From Thermoplasmata archaeon (lineage in GTDB: Archaea; Thermoplasmatota; Thermoplasmata; Thermoplasmatales; GCA-001856825): a stretch of 64,000 nucleotides of DNA. The translations under genes and the position numbers were made by a program. Position 1 is the first letter of the stretch. Every line of letters starts with the position of its first letter. Where the stretch lies: the NCBI GenBank assembly GCA_021792255.1, contig JAJYUZ010000001.1, positions 256,001 through 320,000 on the forward strand. The letters are read 5' to 3'. Below, piece by piece: positions 8,773-18,742 of this stretch. Below the pieces are notes generated by a model. The model made no database searches and was not told the DNA's origin. It worked only from the letters and a program-made list of their open reading frames with translations.

Positions 8773-9954
8773 TTAGATCGTGGAGTTAGTTGAATCGCCC
8801 GCTTTGTTCTTACCCTTTAACGTCAGAAAGACCAGGATCGCAATACCCGCAGGGAGAACTGCTAGACCCCAGATTTCGTACGGAATCTGAAGATATGAAA
8901 GCAGGAATGACCCATAACTCGGACCCATTCCTCTACCTACGGAGTTGAAGAAGTTATAGACCCCCATGTGCGTTCCGATTCTTTTTCCAGACGAAATTTC
9001 CGCCACCATTGCATTTCCGGTGGGCGTCACGGCGTTCTCTCCCATGGTCACAATGAACATTGAAAGCATGAACTGCCACAGCACGTGATCAAACGCTATT
9101 GAAAAATAGCCTATCATGTACAGAACTGTCCCTATTATCAACCCGTTCCACAGACCTATTCTTCTGACGATCCTATAGATGGGAAGCTGGAAAGCTGCAA
9201 CGGCGATTCCGTTTACGAAATAGATTAAACCGATTGCAGCGGTAGATAGGCCCTCGAAGTGGTTTGCGTATATCGATAGCGTCACAGAGAACTGGGAGAC
9301 TACTACGAACAGGAAAGCTGTCGCTATTCCAAACGAATAGAGACGTTTTTCAAGATTTCTAAACGAGAATTTTTCTTCCTCTCTTGCTTGCCCCTTCTTG
9401 TCTCTCAGGAATAGGAACAGGGGGAGTGAGATCACGGCACTCAAGGCTGCCGTGAAATAGATATATGGATAACCAAACGAGGATGCAACGATTCCTGCCA
9501 CTGCGGGACCGAATGCCCAACCGAGATTGGAAGCGACCCTCATGTAGGAGAAACCGGCAAGCGGCACATCGCTGCTCAGTGAAAGCAGCGCATTTAAGGA
9601 CGGCATAAACAAGGAACCGACAGACTGATTGAGGATGAATAGGAGGATAAAGATTAGAGGTACCGGGAAGAGAATTGAAGATAGGAACAGCATTAGGAGG
9701 GTCCCGACGTACGCCGTAGCAAATGTGATAATGATTCTTCTATAACCGTACCTGTCTCCCAGATGGCCAGCGTAAATCTGGATGACCCCTCCAAATATGG
9801 CATTAATCGCAAAAATTAGACCAATCAGGAGGAGGGAAATTTTCAGCATATTGTTCATGAAGAGGGGTGTGAATCCCCACACTCCTCCAGTTCCAAAGGT
9901 CCTTATCGCTGAGCCGATCGAAATGATAAAGACATTTCTTCTATCCGTAAGCAA
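8773..9954 (-). CDS. MFS transporter
   Basis: Motif A GHLGDRYGYR; about 12 hydrophobic segments. Confidence 0.88.
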   Translation of the reverse strand: MLTDRRNVFIISIGSAIRTFGTGGVWGFTPLFMNNMLKISLLLIGLIFAINAIFGGVIQIYAGHLGDRYGYRRIIITFATAYVGTLLMLFLSSILFPVPLIFILLFILNQSVGSLFMPSLNALLSLSSDVPLAGFSYMRVASNLGWAFGPAVAGIVASSFGYPYIYFTAALSAVISLPLFLFLRDKKGQAREEEKFSFRNLEKRLYSFGIATAFLFVVVSQFSVTLSIYANHFEGLSTAAIGLIYFVNGIAVAAFQLPIYRIVRRIGLWNGLIIGTVLYMIGYFSIAFDHVLWQFMLSMFIVTMGENAVTPTGNAMVAEISSGKRIGTHMGVYNFFNSVGRGMGPSYGSFLLSYLQIPYEIWGLAVLPAGIAILVFLTLKGKNKAGDSTNSTI

Positions 9955-9963
9955 GTCCCTCTA

Positions 9964-11376
9964 TCAGATCAGGGGTTTTCCATCCATGTCAGGAGGAATT
10001 TCACAGTTGAAAATCTTAAGAATGGTCGGAGCCAGATCATAAATCGATGCCGTGATCGGCTTAGGTGAAATTCCAGGACCGATCAACCCGAAAATTCCCT
10101 TTATTCTGTGGTGTGCAACCTGTCTAGTTCTATAGGCCATTTTCTTCTCAGGGATGTCCGTCGCCCAGAGATGTCCAGACAGCTGGAACCGCTGATGGTA
10201 AATTTCATTGGTTATTGCGACTACGTCTGGTGCTTCTGATAAGTATTGCCCCCAGTAGACCTCTTCCCCCCGCATGACTTGCTTAAAGACTTGCTTGTTC
10301 GTCTTAGATTTCAGGGACTTGAGTCTTTTGGTGAGATCTTCAACTATCTGGTCCTTCTCTTCGATGAACATCGGATTGACATAGAACAGTCCCTCGTCAA
10401 GAGCGAGGACTTTAGACTCTTTCCAGTCGATGAGCCTCTCAATCTCAAACTCCATGCTGCTATCGAGGTCCTTAATTCTTTTGACTATTCGCACTTGCAT
10501 TCCGTCAGGAAGACTCCTTGCTACTTTGTACAGACCAGTCTTTTTGCCAAAATTGACCACGGATTCTCTAGAAAGCATAGGATTCTTTGCTTCCTTCTTT
10601 GCGAGGAGCCCTTCCTTCGCGAGGTACTCATTCGCGTAGAATTCATCCTCAATGGGCCCGTTGCCGTGGTCACTCATCAAGAGGGTGTATCCGTCCTTGT
10701 TCTTTGAAAGGATGCGGGAAATACCTTCATCGTTTACCTTAAAGTTTCTTTTCATTATGTTTTCATTATCCCACATAAAATGGGAGACGTGGTCGTTCAT
10801 AGTTATAGATAGGTGGATGAGATCGTTGTTCCACAAACTTTCAGCCATCTCGAATCTTGACTGGACTTCCTTTTCGATGCCATCCATCGTTTGTTCCGGA
10901 TTTTCGTTCCTATTGAAGAGATGTATTTGTTCCTTGACATAACTCGTTGGAATGTTCTTTTCAAATTCTTCCGGGTAAACCCACGTTCCTTCTCCGTGAG
11001 GAATTCCACTCAACATGACACCGTTGACCTTCTTGGGAGGAAAGGTAGATGGCATGTCTATGATTGCGACACGCTTACCACTATCCGAGAGAATATCCCA
11101 GTAGTCTTTCCCGTGAAATCCCAGTGAGTTGATGTTCTTTATCTTCATATTCTTCCAGTCTATTTTAGACCAGAAGTATACTCCCATCTTTCCTGGATTC
11201 CTTCCCATAGAGTAGGACTTCCACCCAGGTTGAGTAATATAGGGTATCGTGGAAAGTAGAGGACCATGAAGTCCTTCGTTCAAGAACTTTGCAAAACCGG
11301 GATACATTCCTTGTTGGATGTACGGGAGTATGGGATCCCAACTTGCCCCGTCTATCCCTACAACCACAACTTTCAT
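9964..11376 (-). CDS. alkaline phosphatase superfamily / type I phosphodiesterase-nucleotide pyrophosphatase
   Basis: VVGIDGA, STIPYIT.PGW.S..G.NPGK.G, LLMSDHG, HHRIKG, SIYDLAPTIL. Confidence 0.85.
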   Translation of the reverse strand: MKVVVVGIDGASWDPILPYIQQGMYPGFAKFLNEGLHGPLLSTIPYITQPGWKSYSMGRNPGKMGVYFWSKIDWKNMKIKNINSLGFHGKDYWDILSDSGKRVAIIDMPSTFPPKKVNGVMLSGIPHGEGTWVYPEEFEKNIPTSYVKEQIHLFNRNENPEQTMDGIEKEVQSRFEMAESLWNNDLIHLSITMNDHVSHFMWDNENIMKRNFKVNDEGISRILSKNKDGYTLLMSDHGNGPIEDEFYANEYLAKEGLLAKKEAKNPMLSRESVVNFGKKTGLYKVARSLPDGMQVRIVKRIKDLDSSMEFEIERLIDWKESKVLALDEGLFYVNPMFIEEKDQIVEDLTKRLKSLKSKTNKQVFKQVMRGEEVYWGQYLSEAPDVVAITNEIYHQRFQLSGHLWATDIPEKKMAYRTRQVAHHRIKGIFGLIGPGISPKPITASIYDLAPTILKIFNCEIPPDMDGKPLI

Positions 11377-11410
11377 TCAGGTCGAATGAACTACTGATAT
11401 AAAAGAAATT

Positions 11411-12199
11411 TCAATTTCTAAGGAGCGCATCCGCCAGTGCTATCGGCTTCAAAAGAGTCTCTACCAAGTAGAATGGGTGATCAATCTTTCCGCCTCTTGA
11501 ACTTCTGACGCCATACGAAAGAGCGTTATTCTTAATGTACGTCTTCGCTGTCGCTCTGAGATAGGAATACCTTTTCCTGGCGAGCCTCCAATAAGAATCG
11601 AATTCTGAATGGTCATGGTAGACGTAAGCGTCTTTCACAAATAGCCCTCGGTAGCCTATCTTTGTTGCTTTAAGATTTATGTCGTAATCCTCGGCCCCAC
11701 CTGCGATCGAAAGATCAAATCCACCTAGCTTTTCGAAAATTTCCCGCTTCCACGCAGAGTTGCCCATTGGTAGATAGACGATACTCTGAGGAACAAGGTA
11801 GTCGTAGACGTAATCCTCTAGTTCATTCACATATCTCTCCGGACCCGACCTTGGATTCCCATGTTTTGCTGGGCCTCCGGTGAAATCAGCCCGTGATTCT
11901 TCGATTGGTTTGACGAGGTTGTCTAACCACGATTCCGACGCAATCTCATCGGTATCAATATAGGCGATGATGTCACTCTTGACTAGGCTGAGTGACTGAT
12001 TTCTCGTTTCCACAACATTTCCTGGCAATAGCTCAAATCTTGCACCAAATTCCTTACAGACTTGCTCTATGTCCCATTTGGTACCGCCATCAGCAACGAA
12101 AATCTCGTCAGGTTTCCTGTTCTGTTTCATTAACGAGTTTAGAGTAGAAGAAATTCTTCTGTCGTTGAATGAAGTTATAAGAACGGTGATCGTAGACAA
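11411..12199 (-). CDS. glycosyltransferase family 2
   Basis: VLITSFN, VADGG, YIDTDE DXD motif, GGFD...AEDYD. Confidence 0.88.
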   Translation of the reverse strand: MSTITVLITSFNDRRISSTLNSLMKQNRKPDEIFVADGGTKWDIEQVCKEFGARFELLPGNVVETRNQSLSLVKSDIIAYIDTDEIASESWLDNLVKPIEESRADFTGGPAKHGNPRSGPERYVNELEDYVYDYLVPQSIVYLPMGNSAWKREIFEKLGGFDLSIAGGAEDYDINLKATKIGYRGLFVKDAYVYHDHSEFDSYWRLARKRYSYLRATAKTYIKNNALSYGVRSSRGGKIDHPFYLVETLLKPIALADALLRN

Positions 12200-12379
12200 A
12201 GGGTACCCCCGCCATGCAATCTTATTTCACTATTAATCTTTGATATGAGATCAGTTTAGATTTTTAACCAGATCTTTGAACTTATTTAGCATCGGCTCCT
12301 ATCCAAATTATTACGTGCCTTATTTTTAGTCCATTTGGATGTTAAAGGATATTTTATACAAAGACCTCATAACTAAGAA

Positions 12380-13390
12380 GTGCTGACCATCGTTTATCCG
12401 AAAATCAAGGTCGCAAGTGGGACAAAGTCCTACGTCGACACTGTCCTAGGTGGCATAAGCGAGGCGCATTATCCCTTTTCCTCAATTGGAATAAGAAAGA
12501 TTGAATTTTCCGTAACTGGAAAGCCATTGGGAGGAATTGTCTCTCAGAGGATGGGTTTACTCTTGCACAGAAATCTCAGTCACCCGATTCACGCATTGGT
12601 CCCAGAAGTAAGTCCGGAAGGAGTAGACGTGGTAACAATACACGATATCATCCCCTTCCTAAAATCATCGGAATTTATCAAGAATGCGTACGACAGATCG
12701 GCTTACAACATGATGTATGAGCGCGCTCTTAAAGCTAAGATATTGATAGTTTCGACCGAGACCGTCAAGAAGGAGCTGGTGACTTCCCTCAACATAGCAG
12801 AAGAGAGAGTTAGGGTCATCTACCAGGCAATCGATTCTTCAAAATTCGCCCACAGCGAAAACAGCCCGTATCCTGAAAACGGAAAGGTACACCTCGTGAC
12901 GGTAGGGGATTTCAACCCAAGAAAGAGGTTTGATTTGCTGTATGAAATGGTAGCTAGAAACAAAGATATGGAACTGTACCACCTTGGCCCTGTAAACTCT
13001 TGGAAGGATCGTGCTTCCAGGTTGAGCGATCTTGCCAAAAAAAGTGGAAACATTTTTCTAAAAGGGGAAGTAAACGAAGAGACCCTCATTAGATATCTTT
13101 CAAACGCTGATCTTTTTGTCTTAATCTCAGAAGCCGAAGGATTTGGAATACCCCCCATAGAAGCCATGTCCTGTGGAACCAATGTCGTCCTGAATGATCT
13201 TCCTATCTTCAAAGAGACTATAGGAGAGTTCGGATTTCTTAGCAGCACCGATAGATTCGAGGAAACAATCTTGTATGCTTTAAAGAATAAGAAGAAGAGC
13301 GAAGTGCTAAGAAATCACTCCTTAAAGTATTCTATCAAAAAAGAGATCGCAGATCTGCTATCAATTTATCAGGAGATTGGAGAGAGCTAG
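12380..13390 (+). CDS. glycosyltransferase family 4 (GT-B)
   Basis: VTIHD, PRKRFD, EGFGIPPIEAMSCG. Confidence 0.9.
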   Translation: MLTIVYPKIKVASGTKSYVDTVLGGISEAHYPFSSIGIRKIEFSVTGKPLGGIVSQRMGLLLHRNLSHPIHALVPEVSPEGVDVVTIHDIIPFLKSSEFIKNAYDRSAYNMMYERALKAKILIVSTETVKKELVTSLNIAEERVRVIYQAIDSSKFAHSENSPYPENGKVHLVTVGDFNPRKRFDLLYEMVARNKDMELYHLGPVNSWKDRASRLSDLAKKSGNIFLKGEVNEETLIRYLSNADLFVLISEAEGFGIPPIEAMSCGTNVVLNDLPIFKETIGEFGFLSSTDRFEETILYALKNKKKSEVLRNHSLKYSIKKEIADLLSIYQEIGES

Positions 13391-13575
13391 CCGTCCCAGA
13401 ATAGCATGAATTTAGCTCGGTCTGACAGTCGGAGAGTACATATCGTAACGGCTAGTGACAACAGAAATGTGGTTCGACATCTATTGTTATTCTTAATTTT
13501 GGATGATTGACCAGATTCTATCAATCGGTAAATTAATAGGAAAAGCTTTTATTCTAAGTATATATTGTCTGACTA

Positions 13576-14193
13576 ATGTCACACATACTACTAAAAGGGT
13601 GGCATAGGTATAAGGAAAGAGGCAAATATTCCTGGAGATCGTCTCTGGTAATAGCATTCGTAGCCACGATTCTGCTTTGGTGGCTCCCTATTTTTGGACC
13701 AATGCTTTCTGGGTACGTTTCGGGTAGAGCTTCCGGATCAAAATATAAGGGTGTCATTATCACCGCACTAGTCGCAGGCATTATCGGAGTTGCATCGTTC
13801 GTATTAACTTACATCTTTTCGGTCCCAACTTACGTCACTTATTATCTGTCATCGGTAATCATATACCATCTTCAAACAATCTCTCCATACTCTGCATGGC
13901 TGCTCTCTTCTACCAGCCAAATGTTTACAAATTTCCCTTACTATCTATCTTTCTTTCCCCCCAACTGGGCAGTACTGGTAGCATTCGGATTCATTGGGGG
14001 AGGAATGTCAGAACTCCTGATAAGGGATACAGAAAGGAAGAGCGTTCTGTCTGCAAGACATCCAATCCACAATGATGCAAAGGCGCTGACTCCCAAACAA
14101 GTCGAATATGCACCACCAGCAGATCCTCACCCACTGCTAAAGAAGATAATAAGAGACAAAGATATACAAGAATCCTCTGAAGATTATATCTGA
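13576..14193 (+). CDS. hypothetical membrane protein
   Basis: 3-4 TM segments (LWWLPIFGPMLSGYVSG; LVAFGFIGG) and a charged C-terminal tail. Confidence 0.7.
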   Translation: MSHILLKGWHRYKERGKYSWRSSLVIAFVATILLWWLPIFGPMLSGYVSGRASGSKYKGVIITALVAGIIGVASFVLTYIFSVPTYVTYYLSSVIIYHLQTISPYSAWLLSSTSQMFTNFPYYLSFFPPNWAVLVAFGFIGGGMSELLIRDTERKSVLSARHPIHNDAKALTPKQVEYAPPADPHPLLKKIIRDKDIQESSEDYI

Positions 14194-14234
14194 TGCCATG
14201 GTCGAAAGACCAGGACTGCAAAAAAAAGCAATTT

Positions 14235-14381
14235 TTATTCTTTTAATTTTTTCCTAAATTCCGCAACCTCTTCTTGTAATGCCTTGTTGAGTGGATTTTT
14301 TCTGGCTTTCTCTTCTAGTTCTTTGAGTTTATTCTCCAAATTCTTCTTTTTCCTATCAAGGTCCCTCTTTCCGAGTGCCAT
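14235..14381 (-). CDS. small basic helical protein (48 aa), below ORF-track cutoff
   Basis: MALGKRDLDRKKKNLENKLKELEEKARKNPLNKALQEEVAEFRKKLKE*; clean ATG-to-TAA frame followed by a T-rich tract. Confidence 0.65.
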   Translation of the reverse strand: MALGKRDLDRKKKNLENKLKELEEKARKNPLNKALQEEVAEFRKKLKE

Positions 14382-14437
14382 GAATCTTCAAGAAATTACT
14401 ACATTATCTACTTTCTGATTCTGTATACCGGGGCGAT

Positions 14438-14743
14438 TTAGTATGAATAAGTTATCCCTGTCACCTTTAAGGCATTTCTTAGTCTAGTCTTTGAAATGAT
14501 TACAACATCCTTGTGTCTAACGATCGAATCGAAGATAGGTTGAGAAGCAAATACCTTGAGATTGGAATCATCGTACAAGATGGAGTACGAGTTCGAGTGC
14601 TTTACTAAGGATATCTCGACGTGAGGAATCATCTTGCACAAGTTGTCGGCACAAGGTCCCTTCGTGTACTTTAATTCAAGATAGATCTCCTTTATGCCAT
14701 TGGTTACAACGATCTGTCTCGCACCTTCGGTAAGAGTTATCAT
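14438..14743 (-). CDS. hypothetical protein with CxxxxC motif (HesB/CC-Se-like N-terminus), coupled to copA
   Basis: ATGA overlap with the copA stop; MITLTEGAR start, [10 protein letters not shown]. Confidence 0.6.
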   Translation of the reverse strand: MITLTEGARQIVVTNGIKEIYLELKYTKGPCADNLCKMIPHVEISLVKHSNSYSILYDDSNLKVFASQPIFDSIVRHKDVVIISKTRLRNALKVTGITYSY

Positions 14744-16809
14744 GGTTTAAACCTCTTCAGCAGCAGAGAATTCAAGACGACTGTCGTCGAGCTAAAAGCC
14801 ATCGCAAAAGCTGCAAGAAAAGGCAGTGAGTTATATATCCCTGCTCCAAACAGCGGTATCAATGCTCCCGCCGCGATTGGAATCAGTATTATATTGTAGA
14901 AGAAAGCCCACATAAGATTCTGCTTAATCTTACTGATCGTCATTTTACCGAGCTTGAGACTTACGTAGACGCCGTAGAGCTTGTCCTTCATTAGCACTAT
15001 TCCTCCAGTCTCCTTTGCAACATCTGTACCGCTACCGATCGCAATTCCCAGATCCGCCTTTGCCAGCGAGGGAGCGTCGTTTATTCCATCTCCGACCATC
15101 GCGACTATCTTTCCGGTTCTCTGAAGGTCCTCAATTTTTTCCAATTTCTGATTTGGTTTGACGCTAGCAACTATGTTGGTTATTCCAACTTTGCTTGCTA
15201 TCGCCTTTGCGGTTGTCTCATTGTCTCCACTTATCATCCACGTCTCTACGCCAATTCTGTTTAGCGCCTGAATTGCTCTTATACTATCATCCTTTATCGT
15301 ATCTGCGAGGGCAATTAATCCTGCAATTTTCGATTCTATAGAAACAATCAGTACAGTTTTCCCTTCTCCTTCGAGCTTTTTTATGTCGCTCTCCGCATTG
15401 GTCGTAGTTATGCCGTTATCAGAAAACAGGTCTCTGTTTCCAACCAGTACCGTCTTTTCTAACTTACACGATACTCCCTTCCCAGGAATGTAGTTAAAGT
15501 CTTTGGGAAATTGGATTTCAGTGTTTTCTTCTCTTGCTTTTTTCACCACAGCCTTTCCAACAGGGTGCTCAGAATTTGCTTCAGCCGCAGCTGCAAATTT
15601 TAGAATTTCCTGTTTGCTATAAGTCGAAAGTTCTATGATGTCGGTAACCTCCAGTTGACCTTCAGTTATAGTCCCGGTCTTGTCGAATGCTACCGTATTT
15701 ACCTTGCTCGCAATCTCAATGGATTCCCCCCCTTTGACCAGTATTCCATTTTCAGCGGCTTTCCCTGATGAAACCATCAGAGCTGCAGGCGTAGCAATAC
15801 CGAGAGCGCATGGGCAGGCTATTATGATAACGGACACGAAGACCAGTAGTGAAAAAGTCAACCCTATATGCCCCAGATAGAGCCAGTAAAGGAAGGACAG
15901 AATTCCAATCAAGACTACAGTTGGAACAAAATAAGAGGAAACTCTATCAGCCAATTTTTGAATAGGAACCTTCGCCGAGTTTGCGTTCCTCACAGTTTCA
16001 ATTATTTCCGAGAGAGCAGTATCTTCCCCCACTTTCTCAGCCATTATTTTAATTGCGCCTGAGAGATTGATCGTCCCTCCAATTACCTTGTTTCCAGCTT
16101 TCTTGTCCACCGGCAAACTTTCTCCGGTTATCATTGATTCGTCAACCGATGAGAACCCTTCTACCACCCTGGAGTCTGTAGGAATTCCCTCACCAGGTTT
16201 CACTAGGAGCAAGTCTGAAACCTTTATCTCTTCTGCTTTCACCCCTACTATCTCTCCGTTCTTGATCAGGTGGGCTGTTTTAGGAATGAGTGAAACGAGC
16301 TTGCTGAGAGCTTCAGACGCCCTTGCTTTGGTCAGGTGCTCCATCAACGTACCGGTCAGAATAAGGGAAATTATCGCTGTTGAGGTGTCGAAGTATATTC
16401 CTGCCGATGGAAATAATGAAGGGAACAGGACGACTACAGCGCTGTATGTCCAAGCAGCAGAGGTACTGATCGCTATGAGGGTGTCCATGTTCCCGGCTCT
16501 GTTCTTGAAAGCATCTATCGTACCTCTATAGAACTTCGATCCGGGATAAAACTGCACAACAGATGCCATTATCAAAGTGACAAATACCCAATATCCAAAA
16601 TGAATAATATAAGTGAATAAGATAACAGGAATGGTAAGGACCCAGGAGACCGTAAGCATTATCTTTAATTTCTTCAGTTCCTTCTCAGGTTCTTCGAACT
16701 GATCTTTGCACGCTTCGCTGCAAAAGTAATAGTTCTTGCCGTACTTGAAACTTTTAATTGTAGCAGTGGTTTGATCTACATACATTCCGCAGATTGGGTC
16801 CCTCGCCAT
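14740..16809 (-). CDS. copA: copper-translocating P1B-type ATPase with N-terminal YHS/TRASH domain
   Basis: DPICGM...YFCS..C, TGES, CPC, DKTGT, EHP, GDGIND, YN and MxxSS motifs; ATG 16809 after AGGAG (track start 16962 overlaps the chaperone gene). Confidence 0.93.
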   Translation of the reverse strand: MARDPICGMYVDQTTATIKSFKYGKNYYFCSEACKDQFEEPEKELKKLKIMLTVSWVLTIPVILFTYIIHFGYWVFVTLIMASVVQFYPGSKFYRGTIDAFKNRAGNMDTLIAISTSAAWTYSAVVVLFPSLFPSAGIYFDTSTAIISLILTGTLMEHLTKARASEALSKLVSLIPKTAHLIKNGEIVGVKAEEIKVSDLLLVKPGEGIPTDSRVVEGFSSVDESMITGESLPVDKKAGNKVIGGTINLSGAIKIMAEKVGEDTALSEIIETVRNANSAKVPIQKLADRVSSYFVPTVVLIGILSFLYWLYLGHIGLTFSLLVFVSVIIIACPCALGIATPAALMVSSGKAAENGILVKGGESIEIASKVNTVAFDKTGTITEGQLEVTDIIELSTYSKQEILKFAAAAEANSEHPVGKAVVKKAREENTEIQFPKDFNYIPGKGVSCKLEKTVLVGNRDLFSDNGITTTNAESDIKKLEGEGKTVLIVSIESKIAGLIALADTIKDDSIRAIQALNRIGVETWMISGDNETTAKAIASKVGITNIVASVKPNQKLEKIEDLQRTGKIVAMVGDGINDAPSLAKADLGIAIGSGTDVAKETGGIVLMKDKLYGVYVSLKLGKMTISKIKQNLMWAFFYNIILIPIAAGALIPLFGAGIYNSLPFLAAFAMAFSSTTVVLNSLLLKRFKP

Positions 16810-16837
16810 TCGGTTCTCTCCTTTGACTACTGATTTA

Positions 16838-17035
16838 TCAGCAGCATCCGCCCTTGTGTGAATGCCCCGACGATTCGTGAGCGTATTTGTCAGGGTGTGC
16901 GTCGAACTGTTTCTTACAGTCGTTGCTACAAAAATAGAAAGTCCTCCCCCCGTGTTCTTCACTTATTGCCGTATTTGCATCAACGGTCATACCGCACACT
17001 ACATCTTTCTCATTCTTTCCTTTATGAAACATCAT
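16838..17035 (-). CDS. YHS/TRASH metallochaperone with His/Cys-rich tail
   Basis: [10 protein letters not shown]...FYFCSNDCK...HSHKGGCC; GGTGA SD before ATGATG. Confidence 0.85.
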   Translation of the reverse strand: MMFHKGKNEKDVVCGMTVDANTAISEEHGGRTFYFCSNDCKKQFDAHPDKYAHESSGHSHKGGCC

Positions 17036-17075
17036 ATCACCGGTCGGAAATTGTACCCTGATATTAAAGCGTGTT

Positions 17076-17098
17076 TTGTGCATGATGCATAATTTATG
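17076..17098. promoter_or_regulatory. candidate CopR operator upstream of the cop operon TATA box
   Basis: TTGTGCAT-G-ATGCATAA near-palindrome overlapping CATAA-T-TTATG, just upstream of minus-strand TTTAATAT (17068-17061). Confidence 0.4.
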
Positions 17099-17181
17099 AG
17101 ATTCAGGTAAGCCAAACTGATCGACGATTGACTTCAAAACTGGAAGGGACTATTTTTTGGATGAGATAGCCTCAGTTGGTA

Positions 17182-17703
17182 CTACTTCTCCGATCTCGTC
17201 AGCTTCTTGTTTAGATCACCTTTGCAATTTTCACAACAGACATAGTATTCGTGGTTCTTGTGCTTCAATGTTAGGATCCCTTCATTTATTTCCTTTCCGC
17301 AATAGTCACAGTACACTCTGACGTTCGTAGCAATGTTATCAAAGTTCTGTCGTTTTTTAACGATATTGACATTACTGTATTTGATGCTCTTTTTGAGTAG
17401 GTTCAAATCGGATAAAACGACGTACTTTCCATTGGCTAGTTCGAGGACTTCTATCCTATCTTCCTCTGGTACCTGTTCGAGATTATCGATTTCTAGAAGA
17501 ACCATTTTCTCGTCTTCTGGAGGAGATATATTGACCGTGAAGCGGGTAATGACTCCATTAGTAATGAGGGACTTAATAGCAGTACGAACAGTGTTCCTGT
17601 TTAGATTTGTAACTCTTGCTATTTCATTTACATTTTGCCTAGAATCTTCAAACAATGTCCTAAGAACTCTTGACTCAGTTTGAGACAAATTGATTTTTGT
17701 CAT
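17182..17703 (-). CDS. copper-responsive regulator (Lrp/AsnC-type HTH plus C-terminal TRASH), CopR-like
   Basis: HTH EIARVTNLNRNTV...GVITRFT; CDYCG...YYVCCENC TRASH motif; upstream of chaperone and copA. Confidence 0.85.
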   Translation of the reverse strand: MTKINLSQTESRVLRTLFEDSRQNVNEIARVTNLNRNTVRTAIKSLITNGVITRFTVNISPPEDEKMVLLEIDNLEQVPEEDRIEVLELANGKYVVLSDLNLLKKSIKYSNVNIVKKRQNFDNIATNVRVYCDYCGKEINEGILTLKHKNHEYYVCCENCKGDLNKKLTRSEK

Positions 17704-17884
17704 AACGAATTCTATCCTCAATAGTATCCATTTCCCCTGTAAGAATTTTATGCAAATCGATTATATTTGGATCATTAAATTATTCAGAATGATTATTTTT
17801 ATCACGTCAATATATTTCCCCCTTGTCTGAGACTATTTGACGTTCTACAGAGAGCCTACCTCACTTTTATAATATCAATAGAAC

Positions 17885-18742
17885 ATGTCAAATTATATGT
17901 TCAGAAGAGATCTGTTAAAGGATAAAGTCGTCCTGGTAACTGGTGGTGGAACCGGAATCGGGAGAAATATGGTTGATAAGTTCGGTTCCTTAGGAGCAAA
18001 AATAGCAATCTTGGGAAGGAGAGAAGAAGTTCTTGAAGAAGCGAGAAAAGACCTCAATTCAAAGGGAATACGTTCGATATCGCATAAATGTGATGTCCGA
18101 TCTCCGGACCAGATTAAGGAAGCGATAGATTACTTTGAAAGTGAATTCGATCACATTGACGTACTAGTGAATAACGCTGCAGGGAATTTCGCATATCCTA
18201 CTGAAAAGTTGTCTGCCCACGCGGTCGATTCAATCTTGAACATCGTGCTTCATGGGACAATTTACACGACGCTAGAAGTTGGAAAAAGATGGATTAATTC
18301 AGGTCGAAAAGGAGTCGTTCTCGATATGGTGACTCCGTATTCTTGGACTGGATCAGCATATGTGGTTCCTTCTGCAGCTGCTAAGGCAGGGGTATTGGCA
18401 GTCGTGAGATCTCTGGCAGTAGAATGGGCAAAGTACGGCATTAGGCACGTTGCTATTGCACCCGGGATATTTCCGACAGCGGCTACTCAAAAGAATTTGT
18501 TTCCCTTACCTGGAATGGAAGATCGACTGAAGGAAAGGGTTCCCCTTGGTAGAACTGGTAAGATGGAAGAAATTGCTAACTTAGCATCGTACCTGATATC
18601 GGACGAAGCCGCATTCATAAATGGCGAAGTGGTTACCATCGATGGCGGAGAATGGTTAAAAGGAGCGGGTGAGTTCAGTGATCTTTCCGTTCTCACTGAT
18701 GAACAGTGGGAACTGATGAGAAAAATCTCTACGGGAAAGTGA
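17885..18742 (+). CDS. SDR oxidoreductase, 2,4-dienoyl-CoA reductase-like
   Basis: TGGGTGIG, NNAAGNF, SAAAKAG (no catalytic Tyr), LAVEW, DGG. Confidence 0.88.
   Translation: MSNYMFRRDLLKDKVVLVTGGGTGIGRNMVDKFGSLGAKIAILGRREEVLEEARKDLNSKGIRSISHKCDVRSPDQIKEAIDYFESEFDHIDVLVNNAAGNFAYPTEKLSAHAVDSILNIVLHGTIYTTLEVGKRWINSGRKGVVLDMVTPYSWTGSAYVVPSAAAKAGVLAVVRSLAVEWAKYGIRHVAIAPGIFPTAATQKNLFPLPGMEDRLKERVPLGRTGKMEEIANLASYLISDEAAFINGEVVTIDGGEWLKGAGEFSDLSVLTDEQWELMRKISTGK

Noticed and set aside
13387-13455. 8-bp inverted repeat CTAGCCGT/ACGGCTAG as a MITE
   Set aside because: Too short, with no target-site duplication or second copy seen
16810-16962. 51-aa N-terminal extension of copA in the ORF track
   Set aside because: It overlaps the chaperone gene in another frame; the real start is ATG 16809 with an AGGAG SD
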